Of a stretch of DNA of 64,000 nucleotides, positions 25,701-40,482 are shown one piece after another. The position numbers were made by a program, and so were the translations under genes. The first letter of the stretch is position 1; each line of letters begins with the position of its first letter. The notes beneath the pieces were generated by a model. It saw only the letters and a list, made by a program, of their open reading frames with translations, had not been told where the DNA came from and did not search any database. The DNA comes from Balanoglossus misakiensis (lineage: Eukaryota; Animalia; Hemichordata), in assembly GCA_040954595.2 (NCBI GenBank), contig CM082576.2, forward strand, positions 5,182,760-5,246,759, written 5' to 3'.

Positions 25701-28700
25701 CAATCAACTCTCTGTATCCCATCTGACAACTCGCTGAACTGAGAACTGTTTTGAAATAAAAGCAGAGTTAGCTTATAAAAATGGTTTACTAATAGGTATA
25801 ATATGCTATGGAATGAATCATCTTTGATGTATAAATGGACGGAACAAATCATATTTGTATAAATCAGTTTCTCAATACATCTATTATATATATACCAACA
25901 TATCAGATACAAAATCATTTGCCAACTGGATGTACGGTCACTCATTTTTGACAACATGACATTTCTTTGTAGCTGTTGACTTTTGTTTGTTTGTTTGTTT
26001 TCTCAGTATGGAACACAAAAGAACAAATCCTAAAGAAGAACTACTAACTGAAGAACTGCACAGTTTTATTCAAGTAAGTCATCCATCCAAACACTAATTT
26101 TATTGTCAGTGAACCGTCCCTCCAGAGAAGTAGTTTAAAATGTATTTGAGTCCCAAGGACTCTTATACAAACTCCCTGTACAATCCTTATGCAATTTGCC
26201 TTGGTCAAAAAAGAATGTTTACTAAAAAAAATCCATGTATATTCTTCAAAACATTGTTCAAAACTACCCTGCAGTATAATTGCAATGAAAATAGCAGGAA
26301 AGGTGTAATATATTTTAATTCATGTATAATCATGTCTAATATAGAGAATTTGCATTTTGTATGTTCTCCTGTGATATCACAGACAACTGAAGTTTGTGTT
26401 CCATCTTGTTGGCTTTAGTTCTCTGTAATCAATGGATCACGATCACACTGTGGTAGCAATTACGCCAGTAATTTATATTTTCTTTCACTCCTTAGAAAAG
26501 TACATACCAATTTATGAGGCAGGGTTTAATGGACTTTAATGTCGTGCTGTCAATCAATGACGTTTTGGTCTTAAAATAGTCATAAAAAGACAATTTCAAA
26601 GCGATTCTGTGTTTATCTGTAACATTTCGGCACGGCTCCTGTTAGAATCAATATTTCATGCCATATGTTTTACCGACACTATTCAGTCAAATTTTAAAAT
26701 AATTGGTTTGCTCAATGATGATGCATGACTTGACATCGCCAAGTTTCTGAAACGGCCTTGACATATATCTGAATCGACTGAAGGCACACGGTTTGGTGAA
26801 TTTCATTCCAGCCAGATAGAATTGTTGTTCATGTGAACCGCTCTACCCGCAGCCAATTCTCAAATGAAGTGTAAAAAATAGAACTTCTGGTATTTAGGAT
26901 GTCTAGTTCTTTGCCCTTAGCCATGCCTTGGAAACTTGTTTGACCCCGGGTGGTTAATTTAGAAAGAGAGATAACAAGAAAGATTTAAATCATCTCCCTG
27001 AACACTGGCTACTGTGAAATGAAGTTTGTAAATTTCCAATTTTAGCTTTTAGAGTAGGCGGTGTGTTGTGTGTACGTTCACATGAATCAATTATTTGACC
27101 ACAAAAAGATTTCTTCAATTCTCAGTATAAATTATTATTCTGAGTCAGAGAAGTATATTCTGGAGAAATATATATTGACAATTTTATTGCTTTCAGGTCA
27201 TGTTAGCAAACCCCAAAGTTTGGTGCATACAGACCAGGGCATTACTTCTGAGAAGCAGCCTTGAAGACAACAGGAGGAAGACCATTGAAAGATCCATGAT
27301 GCAAGTGGAGGTAAGAGTTAACCAACTTCTACTTTCGGAATCTCCACTTTACATTCATGAACACCAGAGGGCATAAATGTCACGTTGAATTGCCCTTTCT
27401 CAAGTAAATGATCAGTCAGCCTCGTCAATCTTAATTGACTTGAAGTAATTCCGTTGAGAAGTTATTGCCGGATTCTTGTATTGGAAGACGTAAAAACAGT
27501 TGATTGTACTTCGTAAACACAAGATGAATTCCTTCAATCTCTCTCTCTCTCTTTTCAGCTGCTTGTCAACCAGTTCAAGGCTGAAGAACCCTCGGCTGGA
27601 AACAGGTTGTATTTATTCTATGCGTCTAATGCACCACCTATCTGGAATGTTGAGGTGAGTTAGGGTGCCCTCAGTGTTGACATGTTTTCATGGGGAATGT
27701 AAGCTTGCCCCATGATAGCTTTGAGTGAGATACTTATCATCAGGAGTAATTCATTTGTCGTTTTTTATCATTTCTTTGACTCTTTATTCTTTACATACCT
27801 GGACAGCGTGACTATGCCAGTCTGTTGATAAAATTAGGAGCTGTCAAGACCGCCTTGGAAGTCTACCTGAGACTACAGTTGTGGGAAGATGCCATATCAT
27901 GCTACCAAGTCCTAGGACGAGTTGAAAAGGTGAACGTCTTTTTAATCAGTCCACCTAACTCATTCAAACTGAATGATATCTGTATTTATGCATTGGTTTT
28001 TGATTTTATTGGAATTCACAATCTAAAAAAATCTATATTAGTTGGAAATTCCTGGAAAAGAATCACCTAATTATCTGAGTAATCAAAGAAAATGTGTATA
28101 TAATGTATCTTTGCTCGATCAGGCCGAGAATCTAGTCAGAGAACAGCTAGCCATAAAGGAAACACCAAAACTGTGGTGCATTCTGGGAGATGTGACACAG
28201 GTAAGATTTAGGTTGTCATAGTGACTATAGTACCCAACACAAGACCAATTTGCATATCTCATTATCTTGCATGCGCTCTTTATTTCATGTACAACTCCTG
28301 ACAAAGTAATAACCAAATATTAATGCATCTTTTTTTACTTTTTGGGGCCAAAAAATAGAATAAAACCTGACTTTTATTTTACTGCTTTTACAGTAGCAAT
28401 CTCATGTCAAATATGTTTAGTCATTATATTTTCATACTCTGATGACTTCGCACATTTCCTGAGGGCCAACATGCATTACTGTCACAGTGACGTGATAAAA
28501 GATGACATAGATTGATGGGCCCCCATTATTTTATTCAAACTGAAATTACTTCGATTTGTATTCCAGACACTGTATCTGTAATACAACTATGATGTGTTGA
28601 CTTCGGTCAGCAGTGTTAGTTATTTCCATATAGAGCGCATGGCTGATCTTTGTTGTGACGTGAAAAAGAAAGGCCAGAGTTTACATGGGAGTGAGAACTT

Positions 28701-31700
28701 TGAGTCAGAATATGCGTGGCATTTTCTAGTTAATTTCACCTGTATGTACAAAAATATCCTTGATTTTGTCAAACCTGTGCACTACGCATCATTGTCACAT
28801 TTGAGTTGAACTTGCCTTGTGATTACAGAACCTTCTGATGTGTGCGTGGTGTTTGAACTCGTTTGTTGAAGCAGGTGATTTGCATATTTCAGGATCACAC
28901 GTACTATGAGAAAGCCTGGGAGTTGTCCAACCATCACAGTGCCAGAGCTCAGCGATCGCTCGGAAAACACTACTTCGGCAAAGAGGAGTACGATAAGTCC
29001 ATAGAGCACTTCGAGATGTCTTTGAACATTAACGCATTACAGGTAAACTGTGGTACTGATTGGTAGAGTGGTGCTAGTATTAGCCATAGTTTGTATTTCT
29101 CACAGAACGTTTTTGTGACAAAGTCATTGTCATTGATGTGTTGTTGAGCATCAAGCCTTTACTTTGACAACTCCGTTTATCTATGACATCGTTCAGTGGA
29201 TTTTTTCTAAGCAGAGATCAAAGGTCAAGGAAACTGAGGTGAAATCATAAATTTTACCTTTCATCGGCATTTTAAAACTTACCGGTAGTTGGAATTCATT
29301 ACCATGGTAACCAAGTCTGTATGTCTGTATTTCAGTATTCAGTATGGTTTCTGATGGGCTTTGCTGCCATGGAGACTAAGAAATATAATATTGCCATCAA
29401 AGCATATCATAGATGTACTACATTGGACAGTGATGTAAGTTTTATGTTGCATCAGTATAGAATTGCTGCCGCTTTGTAAGTGACACTTTCAAACACGTTT
29501 CTGATTTTATGATGGGAAATGAATGGCTGTAAGATGTATCCTAGATGCTGCACAGAAAATGTCGAGTAAGAAAATGTGTGGTTTTGGATATCATGATCTT
29601 TTTACCTGCTGGCCTTTAGCGTTTTGCAGTCAAATAAAAGTATTGTAATATTTTCTGCTATCCATCAGAACTTTGAAGCTTGGAATAATCTGTCTACGGC
29701 TTACATTAGGACACAGCAGAAGTAAGTAAAGAAAACAATCTCTGTTATCATATCGCTGTCAGTATTTTCATGAGAAGACGTTTATCTCTACATTTTCTGT
29801 CAGAATAAAGTCTTTAATTTTAAAACAATTTTGTTTCAGAATGAAAGCCTTTAGGACTCTTCAAGAATCCTTCAAATGCAACTACGAAAATTGGAAAGTT
29901 TGGGAAAACTTTCTTTTTGTGAGTAGATTTTACAGTATATTACTTTGCAATGGATGACTTCAACATGACAGATTTCATAACCACCGACACTTTTACATTA
30001 ACTGCTTTGAGAGAAATACAATCTGTGGTAAAATTAACTGTTATTTGAGAAATGCAGTCATATATCAATGACAAGTATTGCACAGTCATGTATCTTTGGA
30101 TGAATATATGGTTACAAGATCAAATTCAAGCCTTTCTCTGAACAACTTTTTATCACTATTCTTTACAGACCTGCACAGACATTGGAAAATTTGAAGACTT
30201 GATCCGAGCCTATCACAGACTATTAGATCTCAAAGATTCTTACTCTGATGGAGAGGTCTTACAAATTCTGGCCAATGCTATTGTTCAAGATCTCTCTGAT
30301 GCTGATGGAAATCCAGGTTAGGAAGAACTTTCAATTGTCAATTCATAAAATCAAATGATGATGATGATAGACATAATCAAACCAAAATTCTGGTCAGGTG
30401 GAATTTTAATGATAATGTCTGTGTTGATGAATTAATAACGATTCTTTGCATTTGTAATTGCAGCTGGGAGATTGAAGAGCAAAGCACAAGAATTATTTGG
30501 CAGACAGACTTCCAAAGTGACCAATGATGTCTCCATCTGGAAAGCATATGCCACTCTGCTTGGAAATGGCTATTCAGACAATGAAGCAGATAGTGACAAG
30601 GTGCGAAAGTGTTTGCTTTCGATAAAAATATGGATGCAAATTATACAAACAGGAAAAAAAATGTAAAGGGAAAGTTAGATAATAGAGTTTTAGAAAATGG
30701 AAGATGGACACATGTACACTCACTCACTCATCCACTTACCCACCAATCCATGAACGAAGGAAAAAATGAAGATATGTTCAGAGTAAGCAACTAATGTTCC
30801 TTTTTATAAAAAAACACTTTTCCTCAGGCATTGCAGTGTCTGCAGAAAGCCCATCGTGTGCTGACACAGGGGTCATCCTGGTTCCAAGAGGTCAAGTCCA
30901 GCAAAGAGGTCCTACAAGAGTCTATACAACTTGCTGAAGGTGGAATATTTTTTAGATTTTTTACATGATCCCATGTGTGAGGGTAATAATTAAAGCATAA
31001 AGAGCAACAAGACTTATATACAGCAGAGATACAGCTGTGGCTTTTGATGCATCATTGATCAGTGACAGGTAAACACTACAAATTGTATCAAAAAATGCTG
31101 GTGAGACTAAACAAAGCACACTGACCACATGGAATGTCTAATGAAACAACTGTTGTCTTCTCCACTACAGCATACTGCCGGTGCAGCGCACGGAAAACCA
31201 ATTCCGGGGAAGCCATTCAGCTCCTATCCTCTGGAAAACTTATGTTAAAACCAATCCTAACTAAGATTAAGGTATGGATAAAACAGATGACGCAATAGTC
31301 TGTATTACAATTGAATGATAAAAAAATTGCATAATTTATTCATGAAAGTTAACCTTTTCCAAATCTCTGTGGTGATTCGCAAGGTACAGTGTGACTTCTA
31401 AAGCCAATATGATGCACCACTGATGTAAAAAAAATATTTTCATGATGAAAGGACATGGTTTATGATATATTACATGTAAAGACATCGCTCAAAAGCAGAG
31501 ATTGTCTGCAATGACACAAATTTAATCTCAGAAATCTTGTTTGACAGTGGAAACAATGATGCATTATATTTCATAGGATATCATTTTGATTTGATTTACA
31601 GCAATCATATGAAGATACAGTCACTGGCGACATTCACCCAGAATTGGCAGACGTCTACAGTTCAGCAGAGCAGAAAGTCCTGGAAATTGTGGGACTGATA

Positions 31701-31718
31701 CAAGAACGAAAATCATAG
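19761..31718 (+). CDS. TTC27: Tetratricopeptide repeat protein 27, ~22 exons
   Basis: ATG 19761, exon 1 splices in frame to 20124; motifs LQLFIQANWTGP, TGALGKRTQFQQ, DLLLNDDTLL, LGAVKTALEVYLRLQLWEDAISCY, YYEKAWELSNHHSARAQRSLG, EAWNNL, CNYENWKVWENF; final exon 31602-31718 ends ERKS*. Confidence 0.93.
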
Positions 31719-32475
31719 TTGCAATTACAATTAATGAACCCTGCCATTATTAGATGAACATGTCACAGTGTAGTAATATTTATCACAAACAAATTACTGT
31801 AGTACAATAGTGACTGTGTTTATCATCAAATTTCCATCATGGTATTATGTTCTGTAAACTACACACAAGATAGCGGTCTAAAGTCTGTGTAGCACTTTTT
31901 ATCCTACAGTTGCGTTTTAAATCTAAAATCATGAAATAAATCTAGAAAATAATTCTTCCAACTCATTTTTAAATACGTGGCCCTTGTTAAAAACATTGTG
32001 AAAAGCAGAAAAGCGCTCCACGAGGTGTTGGTTTTTAAAAAGAAAGATGAGGCACAAACAGTGGATCATATGGAGACATGTTACATAGTATTATAACTCA
32101 AATTCTGGCGCATATGACTTGGCTAGTGTTACAGCGATTGACTCGAAAAATATCAGTCTTAATTTAGATGCTTGTGATATCAAGCTATTCAATTTCATAA
32201 TTCTGGTAGTATCAGCAGTGACACTGGAATATTTCATGATTTTTCTGAACCTCAAAGTCATTTCTGTGGGGAAAAAATGGCACACTCCTTTCATTGCTTT
32301 AGCCCAAAATGTGGGTCCTCGACTTCAGATTTCAGTACATGTCAGTTTCTGTAGATTTTATAGCCAGTATTGCACCATGCCTAGTGTTTAGATTCTCTGC
32401 CTATATTTGCATAGTATCTCTGGCATTGACTGATAAGGGAATACATGCATTTCTCACAGATCTAACATAAATTCT

Positions 32476-33637
32476 CTACAGGAACAGATCACCCCGGGCT
32501 TCTTGTGTTTTGAGTTTGAATCCTTTGATCGGCCGGGGGGCTTGAAACCAAATGCTGTTTTCTCGGTACTGAGTTTTCTCACAGCCATGCGATTCCTTGC
32601 TCATAAACTGTATCTGGAAATGTTTCCCCCTTGTTGGCATCTTGAACGTCGTTTTGGGCCTGAACCAATCCAGTCCGCTATCCCTGTGGGTTTCAAGCAT
32701 GACTATGGCACTGGTCTGTTTTAGACTGTCCGCCTCAGACAACGCTGCATTGGTGATCAGTGTCCTCATTAATGTCCTCACACCGTTTCTACAGTTAGCA
32801 TCCTCCGCAATAAAGTCGTTGTTGACGTGACTGAGATCCAATACATAGACTTCTCTTGGACTGACAGCTGTTGATCCAAAAATCAGCATTAGCCTGGAAA
32901 CGCGAGTCATTTGCAAGGCAGCGTCAATGTGGTTGAAATGCTCGTCAATGGCTGCTAGCGTCTGCAAACACTTCCGATGTTCTAAAGATGGTCTTTTATG
33001 GCATCCTGATTCACTTTCCTGAAAGAAAGAAAAAATGCAAGTTTTGAGTCCTTCTTTCAACCTTTTTTTGATGGAAGACATACTTTACAGTATACACCAT
33101 TTTGTACTCTAAGACTACGACAACGTTTGGGGAGGGTCAGACTATCACAGGTCTCCACTTCCTGGATACTCAAATGCAATATGCTGCAGCTTCTCACAGT
33201 TCAGCTGCATATAGTCAGTGCTGGGCTGGCTCTGCTCTGTCATTTGTCTGTTGGGGCATATTAAAATTTTCCACAGTTACAATGTAATCAAGCCACTAAT
33301 TGAAATGATCGCAGCTCCTGTTGAATAAGATCAGGGAAGTAACGGTAACACATATTTGGAAGAACGAGCTAACAATCAACATCATTTGTTGTTGTAGGAA
33401 CAGGTGCCCACTGCCTTTGTAAATCATTGTTATCATTCATGTCCTTACCTGTGTGACGTATCGTCGTTTCAGATGTTCGTATGGCATCGGTATCTGTTCT
33501 CGTTGGTATAGCAGATACTTGATGGTTTCCAAAACCAATCTAGATTGTAAATGCGGTGGAACATTACCATCAAGTCTAACATCACACTTTTCTACCGAGG
33601 CGGCCCTTCTTGTATCGTTTCTTAGTCGCGCCTCCAT
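32476..33637 (-). CDS. MAD2L1BP: MAD2L1-binding protein (p31comet), 2 exons, ~243 aa
   Basis: Exons 33637-33449 and 33018-32476 (phase 0); motifs IKYLLYQREQIPMPYEHL, LIFGSTAVSPREVY, WFRPK, IWFQAPRPIKGFK. Confidence 0.9.
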
Positions 33638-34684
33638 TTTGAATGCACTGTGCGCGTTCGTTTGTTTGTTACTAAGCTCCTCTTCCAAGCGCCGTCAAAG
33701 ATTCAAGTACTGATTTCTTTCGTTTTTACGAAAGTTATCGCACGCTCAAATTTGGCCCTTCCAAATTCTCATACAGCCCCTTTACCAGAAACTTGTAATT
33801 ATTATGCAAAATTGTATAATGTAAGGGAAGGATTGTTGAATGGAGATGGCAATTTTCTGAGCTGATTCTCTGCTGTTAACTGTATTAAAACTACACTTTT
33901 GGATTACCACACAATGTTAAAAATAAGTAACTATGAGCCAATATAGATAGTGATATATTTATTTTTTTCAAAATAATTCACAACAGTACAAAAGATCATA
34001 TGAATAGACAGAAATGATGGGACACATTTTAGTCAATGTCTTAAATAAATTATGACTAGAAGTCTATTAGTACTTTCATATTGCACAAAATTACATGAGC
34101 ACCATGTTGCTCCTAACAACTATGGCAACTAAACATTCATACTGATAGCAAATTCAGTTGGAATTTCCTTATATGATGTTCAGAAATGTTTGAATGTTGC
34201 ACTTTACAAAAGAATTTCCATGAAAAAATAATTTGATTCCAAGATTAAATGGCTCCAGCCATGTATATCTAAAATTCATAGCAGTTACTTTCTAATTCTA
34301 TGAATATTTTACTGGCAAAACTGATCAGATATGACACCACCTTGTGCACATGCACCGAGTTCCAAATAAATTGTATAAAAATTTAATGTTACTGATATGC
34401 CAGTTAGTGATAATACTGTGCAAAAAAACTGTATTAATTCAGATACTAGTTAGTGACAACTGGTAACAGCGTATCCATCACCATTGTTACTACTGGTAGT
34501 TTTAACCTGCTGCCAACAAAATGTACAGCCACAGAACCAGTGCAAATTGCCCCCCCCCCCCATTTTGACTAATCTTCCATAAATTGAAGATGAAGTCATT
34601 CTTGTTTGATCTGGGATGGTCTTCGCTGACATCCAGAATTATTAAGCATTCAATTGGACAATTCTCTGACAGCTCAGTCTTCAT

Positions 34685-37600
34685 TTACAACTTTGCCTTC
34701 ATTTCTGCTGGCATCACTGCTTGAGGCCTGTATGACAAACTCTTCTCTGGAACTGCAATAATTCCAGCTACAGAACAAAATAGACAAAAAACAAAAACAA
34801 TTAATGCATGTCATTTTGTGTCCATCACATCTAAACAGAGGTTATTCTCATCTATGACTGTTACGGTACACTCACCTATTCTGTCAGCAATTTTGGCAAC
34901 TTCCTCATTGATTGGATCATACACAGAATTACCATTATCACCATTCCTGAAATTAAAAAAAAATCAGAGTTTTTAATTGGCTAAAATCTGATACTGTACA
35001 TCACACATACACGCGCGCGTGAACACCAACACACACACAAACAAATTCTTGTTTGTATCACTGTCTTTTGTCCTTCACAGCAATCAGACCTGCCAGACCA
35101 AGCAGTCATTGGGATCACTTCCATTTCAAGTACAATATACATGTACACGAGAAACTTGAGGGACAGTACATGGGAAGAACGATACCTTGCAATTTTCTTG
35201 ACAGCTTGAAGTTTCACCAGTGCATTAAGTGCATTTTCAAGAAGATTCCGGGACAGAATGTCGAAATATGGAATGTCACCTGAAACAAATGTGAGAGCAG
35301 TAATTAAAATGACATGGTTCAACTGTATAAATCTGGCAACTGATGCTACGAATACTGGAGATCTAACAGATTTTAATTCACCTGGGGCCACGTGCAAGAG
35401 TGCACCACCATATGGTTGTGAGAAAACAGTTAGATGTGCCCCACAAATGGGTACATGAATATGTATGACAACATGAAATATTTACCTGATATAATCATCT
35501 CTATCATCATATTCTGAGCTCCCCTCACAAGAGTTGCAGATTTTCGATTCTCATCACTGAGAGCAGAGGGATGCGGAAAACTCAACAAATATTTGCACAT
35601 CACCTGGATGTCATAAAAAAAGAAAGTCAGAAAGAAATATGAGATGGACTGTCCTCTGATGCAAATACACAAGTCGTATAAAGAAAAGGCAAGTATTCAG
35701 CCAGTGTATTTGTATTGTCAAACTGTGTCTGGCCAGATGAAATTGACTTACCCAGTAACCAAGAAGGAATGGTGAGAACATTTTCTGAAGGAAAGACAGC
35801 AATTTCTCTCCACTGCCTTGTCTGGAAACTTCATTTTGGCTCACCACAAGCGTGCCGTTGCTGTGAAACTTTTTGAGTGCTGATTGGAAGTCCTGTGGGG
35901 GGAAAGAAACCAGTGGAAAGGTCAAGAGAATCCTGCAAAGGTAACACTGCAGCACTTGAGTTGGTAAAAATGGATCCAGATCTTCAACATGTATGGAGAT
36001 TCTGAAGTTCCTCACTTTACTCGCATACATCCTGTTGAACACTGATCATATCATTGGTGAAACCTACCTCTTGAGTGGTTGCTGGATGGAAGATGAATTC
36101 CATGCACAGTAATTGCACCAAGAATCTGTACTCTGTAAATAAATAATCTGAAATGGGAAAAAAATTATGACATTATAATTTACTTTCAAATCACACTTCC
36201 ATTAGACAATGCAAACTAACACGTGCAGTAATAATGTTATGGGCCTTGCCACAAACAGACACTTAGAGTTACATGTAAACAATGACAATACCTTTGAGAT
36301 GTGTAGTCTCATTTCCCATCGCTAAGGCAACCATTGCCATTTTGACAAAGACGTGAGTGAGTTGGTTTCTATAGTGACCAATTATCACATACACAGTTGC
36401 CATGGACATGACATCATTGGGACTCATATGTTCAGATTTTGGAATAGGTCTGGGTGTGACATCATCCACGTTGGTCTTGGCGACCAGTCTTCCATCCTTG
36501 GTTACCAAGGCAACAGAATGATGGACTTCAAGGCATGCTTTGACAACTTCTCTGACGGTCTGTGTGGCTGTCAAAGTTTATATTAAGAAGTTACCACAAT
36601 TTGATATACATGTAATATGCATCACGTGTGAGCTAGAGTAATAATCTTTTCTGTACCTGGTATTTTCATGTACAAATGTAGTCAGAATGAAAGCACAATG
36701 CTGCATGACATACCTGGCCAATCCAAAAAGGCCCCAGTACTGCTTGTCTGTTTACCCAGCCAGGCTACCTCTGTGTACAAGTCTTCTAAGGCTATTTCAC
36801 CGTAGTTTTGTAAAAGTATTGTTGCAATAAGGCTCCAAACTGATATCACAAAGTTTTTCTGTTGTTGCAAAATGACTGTGTAGGAAAACTCGTTCACAAA
36901 CTGTTGTTCTGTTTTGTTCAGTAAAAATTTAAACCTGAAAAGTGAAAAGAAATGACTTCTAATGTTTTAAGAGTATAGGCGAAAACTGGAAGGAGATGAA
37001 CAAATAGCTGACGTACATCACTTTGGTGAAATTTCCAGTGAAAATGTTTATAAGTGAGTTAATTATTTGCATTTCACTGCAAAGCACAGAACTAACCTTG
37101 GAGCCAAATTATGGAGACTTCTGTCAACTTTGCCCTCACTGTGAGTTCTCAATGAAATAGGATCCCCAAAGTACACATAAAATGGACCAAAGTCATCATT
37201 CAGTATACCCCTGGCTTTGAAAAGGCCCTGGAGGTGAAAGAAAAGGACTGGATTATGATATTTTCAAACGAACTTAACATTCTGATTGACATCATGTGCA
37301 TCATTCACAAAGACTTATCCCAGCAGTCTGTCGATGATGTTGACTGTGATGTCGCCAGTCTAACAATGCAGACACAGGGATGTCATCAATCTGTCCAGTA
37401 TATCACTATGATTTCACCACCCTTGTATCAAGCTTCACTGTATTTAGTAAAAAGTGAACTTACTGAGGTTGACTCTTTAGGTTTGGGCACCCCCAACATT
37501 TCTCTGCCATACAAGACTTCTTCAAGAACTCTGTCATAACTGATGCTGATTGGTACAAAAGTTATATCTGTTAATTTTCCGTTGAAGTACGGCTCGACCA

Positions 37601-38980
37601 CAGTGCCCATCAAACCTGCAAGAAAGAGACACAGTTGTTAGTGAATCTTCACAATGTGGATATCATGGCTCAACAACTCTGCCACTCTCCATTTTAATTC
37701 CCACTCGCCTTGTTTTGGAGGCAAAGATTTGGCCGTTCTGCTTCTGGTTCCTTCAATGAAGAACTCCACAGGTGCATCTCCATTGATGACCAATCTCTGC
37801 ACGTACTCAGTGAACACTGCCCAGTAAAGCTTGTCACTGCCAAAGGAGCGCCTGATGTAGAAAGCACCGGCGTTCCTTAGTAACCTCCCAACAAACTTCA
37901 TGTGCATGAAATCTGTGTGAGCATAAATTAACACTGATTAGAAATTATGCTAGTCTCAGTTAAACATGGCTTTTTTTTATAACCACCATTAGCAGAAACA
38001 TTTGGGAATGTGTGATTTTCCTTCCGCCATCTTGGAAACTTGGTGGGTCGACACCCATAGTACGAGCCAATCAAGTTCAAGGGAATGACATTTACAGTGA
38101 CTCTTACCCTGTCCTGCAGCAATGTACGGCATTGGCAGATCATACTGAAAACATACGTAGGACAAAATCAGGAAATCCATGTAACTACGATGAGTTGGTA
38201 GAAACACTACTGGTGATTCTTTAAGAGCTTTTCGCGTCTGTAAGTAAACAGATATAAATAAAACATAGAAGGTTTGGAAAAGCATGGAACTGGTTGGAAA
38301 ACTACAGGGTACCTGACGATGTGCATAGCTGTTGTTGCTCAGTATTATAGCAACCTTGATAAACTGAATAGGGAACCTTGTTAACATTCACAAAAGCACC
38401 ACCCTGCCCTTGGGTTCTACAGTACGTAGTATAACCCGTTGTTCACATACCTTTTCAACACCATCCAAATTTGCATAGATACCTCGGAATAAGAGTTTGA
38501 ACGCCTTGGGCAAGAGACAAGCTAGGAACCTAATGGATCCCATGCCAAAATTATGCCCCATCTCATCAATGAGCTCTTTGGCTTCCTGCAGAAATTTACT
38601 GTCATTTTCACCACTTTCAGCTGAAAGCTTCATTTGTTGAAAAGAAAAGAAAAATATGTTAGAAAAGGGACAACAATTAACAATCCATCTAGCTCTGCTC
38701 CCACTGCTACATATATGATTTAATGTATAAATTATCGGATCATGGAGATAAAAACATAGTTGTCTATTAAAACAAAAGAAGAAAGAAAAGAACCCACTTC
38801 TTTGATGGCATTTTGAAGTCTTGGCGATTGCAGTACTTGTTGTTTGATTCCCTCCGGAGTCTGGTCAGCGGCAAATCTGTATTCTGGAATATTTTCCCTC
38901 GTTCTCAAGGACCACCAAAGCTCTCCATTCCTTCTCCTCTCAGCCAAGAAATCGTCAAGATCGTCAGTGTGACTAGCCAT
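34685..38980 (-). CDS. GNPAT: Dihydroxyacetone phosphate acyltransferase (peroxisomal), multi-exon
   Basis: Acyltransferase motifs [52 protein letters not shown]; C-terminus EMKAKL* is a PTS1. ATG assumed at 38980; an upstream exon has a donor at 39629. Confidence 0.93.
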
Positions 38981-40482
38981 TGGAAGACCTGGAGAGGCGT
39001 ATACTCGAAGATGGTTTGCAGGCACACAATGGTGTTATTTTAATCTGTAGAGAAGTAAAACATGGGTTCATCCATTCATGAATAAATTACTTGTGCAAAC
39101 ATTGAGTAGATGCAATGCAGTGTCATCTTTTGGACATCTTCCCAGGGTCAACGAACTATAGAACAATTGGATGATTTGAGGTGTGTCAGATGAGTTCAAC
39201 AATGCAGGTGAACATGCATGCATGCTGTGAGCGACCTTTTTGTAACATGAAAATGATACCAAGGACGAATTTTAAAACCCATCATAAACTTATATACCGG
39301 TAGAATATTTGTTGCTAGATGATTGCAGTTGCACATTTGATCACGCCCCATCACAAACACCACCACCAGCTTGTGCCATCACCTGCACGCACACCACATG
39401 CAGTGCACTGGCACAAACCAGTGATTTGCTATGCAACCTCCACATGATGCAATATACATGCTATTTTGCTGCACCTCGGGTAACACATCTAATCATTCAT
39501 GGACAGATCCCAGCTAGGACCGATCCATGATTCAATGTACAGACAGCCAACGTGAACTGATCATCGCTTCTGCGCTGAGAAAGCCCCTCCCCGCTTCATC
39601 GATAGTGGGAAGGTGGGGGAAATATTTACCTGTCCTCGCGTAAAGACTGGGCAAGGCCCAAGGAGACACCATGCAGCTGATCAACGCCTCAAAGGTCAAT
39701 TACATTTACTGTTTGCACTGCTGAAGCAGACAACACTAAACACTAGGCGTGTGAATGGACAGGTCAACTTGTGCACCAAGGGCAGCCCTGTGCATTTCAT
39801 TGGCTGCCTATACATCAGATGATGCTGCATTCACAACATTGTAACCAATGGTCGTCGCTATGAACGCCGCCAAGATTTGAAGCACTTGCGTTGAATGTTT
39901 TCTGATCAAATGTACGTTTCTTCCCACCCGTAAATCTTTTAATTGAACAATAAACAATAAACGTAACTTGGATTTATGATGCAAGCTACTGAATATATGG
40001 TATGATCAGAAAAAAACTTGGCTAATCGACACAAGCGTGTGCCTGCAATCGACACGATCGTGGCGTGGTACCGCTATTTTTAGGACTGCCTAAGTGCAAC
40101 AAGATTGTAAATATAGCGCACAATGCCTTCTAATTTACATATAACGGATAGGTAACGCGGTATCTATGACAACTGTTAATTGATAATCGAATCGAGCATC
40201 GCGTGAACGAAATGCTGGCAAATTAATCATGCTTGCAAATTAATGTCGTTCTCTTCGCTGAATAAAAATATATTATTATTAACTCCACCCAGTAGCTCAA
40301 TTTTCCTACTGCACTGAGCTAGGGCGTTGCAAACAGCTGTTTTACCAGGTAAAACTCGATGGCTGAACTGAGGATCCTGGCTCTCTGAACAGTGCTGTGA
40401 TGATACACACGTAGAATCAATCATGCGGTAGTTTACAGAGCTCGCTGCAGTAACTGTGGTTTCCGAGTGTGAGGGGAACGAT

